Source of the DNA: Marsupella aquatica
Taxonomy: Eukaryota; Plantae; Marchantiophyta
DNA: 64,000 nt
Assembly (NCBI GenBank): GCA_973895155.1
Contig: OZ316898.1
Coordinates: 8,977,079-9,041,078, forward strand
Direction: 5' to 3'
The notes below the pieces were generated by a model. That model searched no databases. It was given only the letters and a program-made list of their open reading frames with translations, and was not told where the DNA came from. Of the stretch, positions 1-9,971 are shown piece after piece; positions within the stretch are counted from its first letter, which is position 1; the number at the start of each line of letters is the position of its first letter. The position numbers and the translations under genes are program-made.

Positions 1-835
1 GTGTAATCTGAAGAACTTCAAAATGAACTATAATGCATGTATGGACAGGACCAGGATGGAGTCCCTCGCTATTCCCAACAATCTGTTGCCTGGAAAGTAT
101 TTTTTTCCATACAGAAATTACTTAATATAGTGCAATATCTAGGGCAGGGGTTCTAGCCTGAACCCTGTTCCCCAGGGAGTTTGGCCATGGCCCCAGAACC
201 TTTAATTGGCTTGGTGTTGAGGGAGTATGGGCTGTAATTGCAAGGGAGTTTGGCCATGGCCCCAAAACATTGATCTAAAAGGGTGCAGCTCTACTCGTCA
301 AAAAGAGAGCTGCATCCTTTTGATTTGTTTTTTGTTTGGTTCGTGTGCCAGCTTTAAAGAGATCATATGGGTTAGCAGGTAACCCCAACCCTCCTTTTCA
401 CATAACATTTTGAAATTTTGAGACTGGCTAGGCTGGCCAGGGGTTATGATTTGGAATCCTCTGTCCTATCCAGGCTGGATAAGAATTAAAACGCCACTAG
501 CCAAGACAAAAATGTGGTTACAAAGTGTTCACCATTTTCAGTACTGTTTCCTAAAATTGTGGAGCAAAAGTCTCACGGTAGAGGTGAGGAATGTGAAAAA
601 GTGAGAAGTTTTGGACACTACTCCTTTTATATGGCCAGTGGTGGTGGTTTAAGCAGGCTACCACCTAAAACTACATAGGAGAGAAGAAAGGAGGGGTTTA
701 GAAATGATGGTCTCTCTTGGGTTTTCCATGGGCATCTCTACACTTATTTGGATTTTGTTGTACTTTTTCAGTCATGTCACCATGCCTCCTTTCTGAAAAA
801 CACCTGAAGTTGGGGATTGTTTTCCAATAGCCAAA

Positions 836-978
836 GCAGGCATGGCTGAGTGGTAGCTCACTTGAGTAGGGACTTATAGGTCTTGGGGTTCAAATAATCA
901 ACTGGCTTCTGTTGCCTCCCTTTCCGTGGGGTTTCATGAACTTCCACTATAAGTAAAATTAAAATAAATAAATAAAAT
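836..978 (+). mobile_element. tRNA-derived SINE-like element or tRNA pseudogene
   Basis: A-box TGGCTGAGTGG (843-853), degenerate B-box GGTTCAAAT (887-895) at tRNA-like spacing, then an unrelated body and an A-rich tail (951-978). No TSD seen. Confidence 0.5.
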
Positions 979-1094
979 TGCAAGTTTTTTTAGTGCATTT
1001 TGGTCATCACTAAAAAATATATATATATATACAAGTGATTATCCATAACTGCAACTTATAGGCAAGATTGGAGAGTTTGTTGATAAGAGCAATC

Positions 1095-1171
1095 AACAAT
1101 TATATTGTAGACCGTCCTGGTTGTTTGAAAAGGGGGGAGGGGGACAAAAAACAAAAACAATTATATTGTAG
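1095..1171 (+). mobile_element. 45-bp insert with A-rich tail and 16-bp target-site duplication (5'-truncated retroposon)
   Basis: AACAATTATATTGTAG at 1095-1110 and 1156-1171, flanking a 45-bp insert ending ACAAAAAACAAA. Confidence 0.55.
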
Positions 1172-2271
1172 TTAGATTAGATATACTTCTTCGGAGAAAG
1201 CCCCATACTGAAGGTTTTTGACTCCACTAGAAGCGGAGCTGGCAACTTTGGGTGCGCTGAGTATTGACAAGGTCTGGTAGATGTAAACCGTCCTGCAGAT
1301 ACTTAAATAATCCATTTCAACTCGAGCAGATAAGAGAAAGACCGTGTACCCATTACACAATGCATATTGTGCATAAGTGCATGTCAAGCCTTCGTTCCGG
1401 GAACCACACTTTTAAGCATGGTAGATGCTATTGTCTCTTTAACTTTAATGCTATCTCGGTGGTTAACAGACTTGACTCTGTTTAGACCGGTCTCACAGGG
1501 GTCTCACAGGCAGCTAACAAATATTTTAAGTCTAAACACTACAATATATGCAGATCCTCCCATTCTCCTCCATTGTGTGTTTTGTGATATATAGCATGTT
1601 CATCCTTGAACATGCCTCTTTGTTTGTCTTGTAGTGACATGCAATTCATTTTATGATAAAAGAAATAGGTACATGTAAAGTATATACCAAGAAATTAACA
1701 TCTCTTAATTAAGAGTGAATGACATAACACACAAAACCATAAGTACACATGCAAAGGAAAACACATTATAACCAAGAAAATACCAAGGTATTAAAGAGTT
1801 GTGCACACACAAGACAGATTTTCACTTGTTTTTTGGTAATGAGAATGAACTCAATTAAATCATAACTTTGTAAAGGAAATCACAAGGGGAACTTAGTACA
1901 CCAGATATGCACATTGTTCAAATTCATTTTTCACTCTCATGAGAAAATAAAAAGATTCAAAATGAAAGATTAAAACATTTATGAGGGGAGCCAAATACAT
2001 TCAAGATACTCTAAGTTCACTGAAATTTAAAGGGGTCCAAAAGTTAATTCAAAATGAACTTAATACAAATTATTCATCTTGTGAGGGCACATTAAAATCA
2101 AAATACTGGACAGAAAATATGAATAAGACAAAATCTGAAAGGTGAATTCACCGTATAGCAGCTTCATAATTTGCTGATATGAATTGTCATCTAGATATAG
2201 CATGATCATGGGAGATGCTGCATTCCTTGTCTTGTGATATGTAGGCGATCTAAATTTTTTGTGGTTACTGC

Positions 2272-2373
2272 ATATTTGTTAAGATTGAGCAGAACAAATA
2301 CAAGTATATTTGTTAAGATTGAGAGTGATAAATATAAGTATATTTGTTCACATTGAGTGGGATAAATACAAGT
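2272..2373. repeat. ~34-bp tandem repeat x3
   Basis: ATATTTGTT(A/C)A(G/C)ATTGAG...AAATA(C/T)AAGT repeated three times. Confidence 0.75.
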
Positions 2374-2432
2374 CACATTATGACTAGAGGAAAAGTAACA
2401 AGTCTATGACACATAAGTAACAAGAGTAGAAG

Positions 2433-2751
2433 CCCAGTTTGGCCTTGACAGGCATATTGGGGGTCTTGACCCTGTCAAACCGGCATCCCGTCCACCACCC
2501 ACCAGGCCGGCCCCAGCCCCGACCCAGCCCCGACCTTGCACAATCCCCCCACCCACCCGACCTGACCCGACCCTGCCCAGCTGTGACCCCGAACCGGGGG
2601 ACCGGCTCACTAGACCAGGGGAGTCCGGGGGAGAACTCGGGAATAGCCGGGGAATCAGTGGGAATATGCATCAAAATGCCTGTTTCTGGCCTGTCATTTG
2701 ACAGTTTTACATGCCCGGCAAGGCGTCAAGTTGCTCGTCAGGTCAATCTGG
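2433..2751. mobile_element. Non-autonomous DNA transposon (MITE; hAT- or Mutator-like)
   Basis: GC-rich island in AT-rich DNA. Imperfect TIRs CCAGTTTGGCCTTGAC / GTCAGGTCAATCTGG. 8-9-bp direct repeat (G)AGTAGAAG on both flanks (2424-2432, 2751-2759). Confidence 0.6.
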
Positions 2752-5301
2752 AGTAGAAGTACAACTCACATGTAAGGAAAAGTAATAATGACCCGTAAAT
2801 GTTCAAGTCTATGGTATTGTGTTGTGCGGACAAGACTAGAGATACTTATGTACTTACGTTAGGTTATGACACTCAAATCAATTAGAACCATACCTTACTA
2901 AACAAAACTTAAAGACACAAGGTTTGCAGTTTGCTTATAATTATTTCCCACTCATAATAAAAGTTGCTATAAATTCCATGAGATTTGTTGAAGGGTTGGA
3001 TGGACAATATTGGAATCTAGAATTAGCAAGAAAGAAGTGCATTAGGAGAGCAAGGATTAAAAATATTTATAGAGGTGCTAATATAAATTCAAAATCACAA
3101 CTATACAAGGGATGCACCTTGTTAGGACATATTGAAATAAAATAAAAATAACAAAAAAGTTCAATAAGACAAAATTCTGAAAGGTGGATTTGCCATATGG
3201 GATATAGGAGCATCAATATTACACTAGACTAGGTAGGCCTTAAACACCTCCTAAACCCTTCATACCTCACCTGCCCTTGTGCTCTGCATCTCCCTGCCCA
3301 TCTGCATGTTCATCTCCCTGGGCCACGGACCCCATTAGCCAGAATCTAATGGTTATACTTAAATCTAGGGAGACCTAAAGGTCAGAAATGAATCTAGGAA
3401 CCGTATATAGGGAAGATTCCAAGCATTGTCCCCTTCACACAAGGTGACATTTGCCACTTTGGCAAAAAAGAAAAATACTGAAATGGAATATTTCAAGCAT
3501 TTTCTCCTTCACACAAGTTTACAATCATGACCACATTGGCAAAAACAAAAACTGAAGAGTTGATCTGAGGCTGAGCACCGCTCCAATATGACTACTCTCA
3601 GGATATAGTAACCATTTCTATTCCCTGCTGCCGTTTTCATAATCTTGTACCAGGACATTCTAACCACAAAACCTATTTCAGGACACAAATTACAAAGTAA
3701 AACCAATGTCTGGGCACGGGTTCCTAGTCTATAGTCCTAAATCCAGAATGTTGGAGAAAGCTTATGAGACATGGTTGTTCTATACTTAAATAAATGCCCT
3801 TTGTGATTTTTCCCTTTGTAATTTCAGGGCATTATGGGAGCATCATGCCTGGTCAAGGTCACCATAACCTCATTCAGAATATTCTCCTCTACTTTTACCA
3901 AAGTTAGTAAAAAAACAAAAATCTCTCAGACCTTTGAATGTAGTAAGGTCTTGTTTCCTGAGCATCATGGGCAATGATAGACCCTCAAAACTCAAACTGA
4001 AACTCTCATTTTAGGGGGCATTATGAGACATAATGTCCTGTAAACAGTACTTTACTGCATACTAGGGAAGATCCAAATGGAGTGTTTACTAAGATTGAGC
4101 TTTAAGAAAGATCCAAATGGACCGTTTAGTAAGATTGAGCTGCTGGTGTGCTTATTTTTAGGGTAGGGATTAAGGGTATGGTGTGGGTGTGTCCACCAAA
4201 AGCGCCCCAACAAACAAAGCAGCTTAAAACCCCTAAGGAAAAGAACGACTATTTTTTGCAGACTGTACAGTGTGAAGGTTATCCTATACAAAGGTATGCA
4301 AATGGAGGGTTTATAAAGTACATTTCTAGCCAGATATTCTTTTTCCAGAGTTAAATATTTTGTGAGTTTTCTCTTTGTATTTTTGAATCTAATTATAATC
4401 CAATTATATTCCATACAGCCTACCTTCTTTTGAGGAGGAATTATGCAAAACATCTGAAATGCAGTCAATGCCTAATTTCACTTTTCTCTTTGGAATTTAA
4501 TTTCAGGATTTTTTTCAGAGATTCACTTTTTCTTGTTAAAACATCACTTAAGTTTGATGTACATTAGTGTACCGATTATAGAAATTATAAGAGCAATGAC
4601 CTTCAAAATTTGGGCCACAACACTTGATTTTTGGGACATTATATTTCACTAGCCCGATGTCCCTGCCTTACTCCAAAGATTTTGAGATGAGATCAAGATG
4701 TCAAGTAGAGGGCAAGATTCAAGAGGAGGACAAGATGTTCAGGTGAGAGGGTGAGAGGGCAAGATGTCCAGGAGAGGACCACAACACTTTTTGGGGGAAT
4801 GTAATGTTCTCTAACCAAGAAATCATCCTATTCAAAATATTACTTTCTAAAACCAATGTCTGGACATAATGTCCAGAATGTTGGGAAAAGCTTCCCACAC
4901 ATGATGGGGATATACTATACAAAGAAATATCCAGATGGACCAGATGGAGGGTTTACTAAGATTGAGCTTCAAGAAAGATACAAATGGAGGGTTTACCAAG
5001 ATTGAGCTTCTCCTGCTGCTGCTGCTGTTGGTGGACGCACCCACACCACACCCTTCATACTCATATTCACCCCTAATAATAAGCACACAAACAAACAAAC
5101 AAGGGTCAAAACCCCGAACGAAAAGCACGAATACTCTTTGCAGAGTGTACACGACTAGTGTTGTGGTGAAGGATGACGAAGATGCAACCAAGAAGAAGAA
5201 GCCGAAGAAGCAGCAGCAGCAGCAGAGTGATGGATGACTGAATGCGGAGGGCTCACGCACCACGTGATCAATCGCCCGCCCGAGCCGAGCGCTGAGAGGA
5301 C

Positions 5302-6246
5302 ATGGCCGCGGTAAGCTTGATTGCCACCGGACATTTGGGTGCGAATTCGATTCAGTTGGCGCATAATCGGTCGATCTCGTCGTCGCGGCGACAATGTGAA
5401 GTGCGGGCCGGGAGCGGTAGTAGGAGTGGCGAAGGAGGAGGAGGAGGAGGAGAAGGAGGAGGAGGAGGAGGTGATGGTGGAGGAAAAGGGAGCGGGGATC
5501 CTCCGAGGAAGAAAGGAGGAGGTGACAAGGGGCGACGGCGTTTCGATGGCGGATTCTCGTTCGCCGATGGAGCTGGGAATGGAGTCGATTGCGCGGTTCC
5601 GACAGAGCAGCAGCCGGTGAACGAGTACCAGTTACTGACGCAGGGAGCTCTGTTCCCGTGGGCGACGGACGACATTTGGAAGTACGTCTTCAGGCTGGCG
5701 GCGATCGGAGCGCTCAGCACTGCGGTGGTGGGATGGCCGGTGTCCGCCGTGAGCATCAACGCTGCGAAGGAGCCTTTCAAATGCGCCGTTGGAGCCTTGT
5801 GTGGGGGACTGGGAGCGTCGACGCTCGCTGTCGTTCGCCTCTACTTGGGATGGGCGTATGTAGGAAATCGTCTGTTCAGCGCCACTGTTGAGTATGAGGA
5901 GACGGGGTGGTATGATGGCCAGGTGTGGGTGAAACCTCCGGAGGTTTTGGCTCGAGATCGGTTGCTCGCGTACTACAAGGTTAAACCCGCGTTGACACGG
6001 TTGAAGGCTACACTTGTCTTCCTGGCCATAGCTCTTGTGACCTGCTCCACTCTTTTGGTCACCCTCCGTGTTCCTGAGCGACCAAAGATGACGCCAGTTG
6101 AAATGGACGACCCCGGTCCGGCCGTCGTGAGGGGAATTTACAGTGATAAAGCTGCTCGTCGATTCGAACCGCAGGCCTTCTCAGACGATGCTCCTGATGG
6201 TGTAGACGAGTTGCTGTACTTTAGACGAAGCCATGGTTTACAGTAG
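5302..6246 (+). CDS. ycf36: Ycf36/CGLD27 (DUF1230) plastid membrane protein, intronless, with N-terminal transit peptide
   Basis: 314-aa ORF with family motifs CAVPTEQQPVNEYQ.L, RLYLGWAYVGNRLFSATVEYEETGWYDGQVWVKPPEVLARDRL and hydrophobic segments. Ser/Arg-rich N-terminus followed by poly-Gly. Confidence 0.93.
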   Translation: MAAVSLIATGHLGANSIQLAHNRSISSSRRQCEVRAGSGSRSGEGGGGGGEGGGGGGDGGGKGSGDPPRKKGGGDKGRRRFDGGFSFADGAGNGVDCAVPTEQQPVNEYQLLTQGALFPWATDDIWKYVFRLAAIGALSTAVVGWPVSAVSINAAKEPFKCAVGALCGGLGASTLAVVRLYLGWAYVGNRLFSATVEYEETGWYDGQVWVKPPEVLARDRLLAYYKVKPALTRLKATLVFLAIALVTCSTLLVTLRVPERPKMTPVEMDDPGPAVVRGIYSDKAARRFEPQAFSDDAPDGVDELLYFRRSHGLQ

Positions 6247-6776
6247 GAATTTTTAGAAATTGTCTCCCAAAATGCTTGTGAAGCCCACTGCAGTGTAAAG
6301 AGCAACAATTAAATTTGTAGGCTGTGTGTATATTAATTGTATCCAACAATCTAATCAGAAAATCAAGATTACCCAGGGCCAATTGTAAACAGGAGTCTAG
6401 GCAGACCGACATATGGCCCTCCGTTGTTTGGCAACATCGTCTCCATGGTCTTGTTATTTGTGCTCTCGTCCTGTTGCCTTTAGTTAGAGTAGTAACCACG
6501 GTGATGAATACAATGCATTAGCAAGCTCAACTAGATTGAGTTTCATGAGCTGCTTCACTTGGTATTAGACTTGTGCTTGCTGCGTTCAAGCAGCGCTTAC
6601 AAGTAGGTCGGAATTTTTTTTGGATTGGTGGTAAAGTTGACAATTATTCACCTCACTTGCCTTCGCTATCCTTCCTAGAGGTCCATGGTCATTTCTCTTT
6701 AGCCCTTCTCGGTGCAAAGCAGAGAGGGAGTTTACTTCAAGACCCCCTTGTCCCCAGGTAGTTTAGAGGTACAACG

Positions 6777-8399
6777 ATGTCGAAATGGTCAGCCCTGCAA
6801 ATCATGAGCTGTTCTGCAATTGCTCACGATTTGACATCCCGGTCGAATGAAAGAATATCCTCTTCGTCTCCAAATAGCATTTGCCTCAAGTTGACCGCCA
6901 ATCTCGCACATCGAGTTGGAATTTTGCCCAATGCAGGTTTGACCACGGCCGTCGCGTCTAGAGATCACAGTCGAAGCAGGGACCCAGCTGGGAAGGATGG
7001 ACTTTTACAAGCAACACATGAGGATGGAAGCCTGAAAAATTCCTGGAAGAGAAGATTCAGATCAAGGAGCACAAGAAGGTGTGGTTTTCGCACATTTGAA
7101 AGGCAAGGAAGTAGCATAGTACGATGTTCAGAGGAGCTGACGGAGATCTTATCCGACGGAGAAGAAATTATCAGTAGAGACTCCAAGAGAACCTCCTCAC
7201 GAAAGGAACGAATCTCCAACAAAGCTGCTGGGCTTATACCATCAGGGCAGAGGTTAGAAGTTCGTCTTTTGCAACGATTAAACCATACACTCGAGGACAG
7301 ACATCTCTTAGTCCCTGGGCAAAAGGTTTTGCTTGCTGTGTCTGGGGGACAAGATTCTGTCTGTCTGATGCACCTCCTGGTGAAATTGCAAATCAAATGG
7401 GGATGGAAGATCGGCATTGCCCACTGTGATCACCAGTGGTCTTCTTCTGCTCGTGAGCAAGCAGCACATGTGGCTCAGGTTGCCCAAGGCCTAAGTTTGG
7501 ACTATTATCAAGCGCTAACTGTTGAGGCAGTCCCTCGAGAAGGAGTGGCACGCACTTGGAGGTATGGCGTTCTGCAACGGATTGCCGTTTCTCATGGCTA
7601 CGAAGCCATCGTCACAGCTCACACAGCTAGTGATAGAATCGAGACCTCACTATTCAACATTTTCAGAGGGAGTGGCCTCCAGGGCCTGCAGTCACTCACT
7701 TGGAAGAGATCACTATCCCCTGGCCTGTTTCTCTCTGGCAAATCTGCTTTCCAGCTGACTAAGGCAGTCGAAAGTGTGAAGGATCCTCTAGAAGGCACCA
7801 TAGCCGTATCTAAGAGGAGGATATCTCTCATTCGGCCTTTACTTGATGTCACCAGGACTGAGCTCAGCGAGCTACGCGAGGAACTAACATTGCCACTGTG
7901 GCCAGACCCCAGCAACAGCTCTGTCGAGATTGACCGGAACCGTATCCGTCATGAGCTCCTGCCCTATTTGCGCAAACATTTCAATTCAAGAGTCGACAAA
8001 TCGTTGGCTAGGTGGGCTGAGATTCTTCATGGAGAACAGGCGTATCTAGATTCTATGTGTGAAAGCATCACAGCAATTACAGTGTCGGAGATCAGAGGTC
8101 TAGGAGGTGAAGAAGTCGGCAGAAAGCTGGATATCTCCCTGTTGAAATCTGTTCCGAGAGCTTTGCAGAGGCGAGTTTTGAAGCAGTTCAGCGATGGCTT
8201 TACAGGAAAGAGCTTGGGCTTTGACATTGTCGAGCGCGTGAGACGAACCTGTGGGGATGTATCGAGTAGGAAAAGGGGCTTGAAAGTTTCTGTTCCTGGG
8301 AATTGCTACTTGTTCATCCGTGGTGACGATTTAATTATTGGTCGATGCCCAGATAGGAGAATTCAAGAAGTGAGATCAGCCCCTCGAGTATCGAGTTAG
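6777..8399 (+). CDS. tilS: tRNA(Ile)-lysidine synthase TilS (ycf62-type), intronless, ~150-aa N-terminal extension
   Basis: PP-loop AVSGGQDS, HCDH, AR..RY, TAHTASDRIET, RGSG..GL, LIRPLL, DPSN, RNRIRHELLP, and C-terminal ALQRRVL motifs. Confidence 0.93.
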   Translation: MSKWSALQIMSCSAIAHDLTSRSNERISSSSPNSICLKLTANLAHRVGILPNAGLTTAVASRDHSRSRDPAGKDGLLQATHEDGSLKNSWKRRFRSRSTRRCGFRTFERQGSSIVRCSEELTEILSDGEEIISRDSKRTSSRKERISNKAAGLIPSGQRLEVRLLQRLNHTLEDRHLLVPGQKVLLAVSGGQDSVCLMHLLVKLQIKWGWKIGIAHCDHQWSSSAREQAAHVAQVAQGLSLDYYQALTVEAVPREGVARTWRYGVLQRIAVSHGYEAIVTAHTASDRIETSLFNIFRGSGLQGLQSLTWKRSLSPGLFLSGKSAFQLTKAVESVKDPLEGTIAVSKRRISLIRPLLDVTRTELSELREELTLPLWPDPSNSSVEIDRNRIRHELLPYLRKHFNSRVDKSLARWAEILHGEQAYLDSMCESITAITVSEIRGLGGEEVGRKLDISLLKSVPRALQRRVLKQFSDGFTGKSLGFDIVERVRRTCGDVSSRKRGLKVSVPGNCYLFIRGDDLIIGRCPDRRIQEVRSAPRVSS

Positions 8400-9971
8400 T
8401 GCAAAGGTTTAAAGTAGAGTCAAAGCTGACTCAATCGTCGACGACAAAAGTAGAAAGGGTTTCAGTATACTGTCATAGATTGTATGAGAAGTACAACGTT
8501 GCCAATGAGGGCAAGGTTATATCGGTGCCGATCACCATTACTCAATTTAGAGTGGCGGCATTATGGAAGTTGGAAGGAAAAGCAATGGGTGCTGACTTTT
8601 CCTCCATAGCTTTTGCAATTCTAGACCCGTAGTGAAAGAATCTTACAATTCAGTTACTGTCCTCGCCAACAGAATTATGAGTTTAGGCGTGGACAAGGCA
8701 CAGCAGATTGCATGTCATTGTTGATGAGCAAGACTCGCTTGCCAGAAAATATTTCTTAAAGCAAACTAAAATTCTCTCGCTATCATTCAAGGAAAGTTCT
8801 CTCACTATCGATTTTCTCACCCCTCTAGTAATTATGGAGATTTTCGGAAATGCATAGTTCTTAGACATGAGGTTGCTGAGTAGACCTACTTCCGACTCAC
8901 CTTCGAAGGATCTTGGAAAAGAAAAAGCAGGAAGTCTTGGCAGAATGGCACAAATGTGGTGTCCGTCGAAGGTGTAGGGACCTGAGGTCCCGGATGCCCA
9001 GATACTTGAGAAGTTTGGAGAAATCTGGTCGTGGCGTACGGATAGATTCGATGAAACTATGCTGAACGTTTTGAGGTCTGGAGAAAGCTAGATACTGAGT
9101 TCCATTTACTAACCGCGAGATGGATGGCAACCCTGCTGCCAGAGCGGGTGACATGTACAGACGCGCATCCGTGGTTGAAACATTGAGACCATCTGAGTTC
9201 TGCCATATAGGGGAACTGGCTTTCATTCACGTTAACCGAATTTTCCCACAGATTCCAAGAGTTGATAATCGATTCAGGGACCTCTACATAGGAAGAAATA
9301 AATACAAGGGGTTGGGGTTAGGGGCAGCTATGCCCACGTGTAAGAAGTTCGATACTCATCCAAAACACAGTTGGTCACAAGAAAATATGATCCTATGTAC
9401 TCACGTGAATTCATAGTGAAAGCAGGAAATACTGGGGTGACTTAAATAGTAGACGATACAGGGATTACAAATTGATTACCACGAGTATTATTGACATGGA
9501 CTATAGGCGACATAATCCTGATTCATCATTGTCCACCAGCCAGAGTCAAACAGTTGATTGTCGGTACCTCTGAAAAGTGTAAGTGAACATGTCTTCTCAA
9601 TTATGCCTTTACAAAACGCTCTCATACTCGCGGAAACTATGGAAATTATTCCAAAGTTTAGGGAGTAAACAGAGGCAGAGAAAACGAAACCACTACCATG
9701 TCGTGTGTGATGTAAAGCTAATATCTATGTCCCGAAGTGGTGCATCATGGTCTACAACGAGCAATAGACTTTCGCTCCCGAATCACTCTTCAGATCCCTA
9801 AACTGCGCTTTTTCCTTGCACAAAGAATATTTCACCGAAAGCCTGGCACCTATCGTCTACAAGTGAACATCCCGAGCAGCTACCAAAAATCTACATAAAC
9901 TATCATAGGCAAAAATCCACTAAATTTACAAGCAGACCCTCAATTGAAAAAGTCTCACAATGGCTTCGACC

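Noticed and set aside
277-321. 16-bp-stem hairpin followed by Ts (Rho-independent terminator-like)
   Set aside because: Eukaryotic intergenic context, so most likely an internal palindrome of a repeat.
5302-8399. Bacterial contamination or an intact transferred operon
   Set aside because: Both ORFs carry eukaryotic transit-peptide-like extensions, are 530 bp apart, and are continuous with plant repeats and intron-containing genes.
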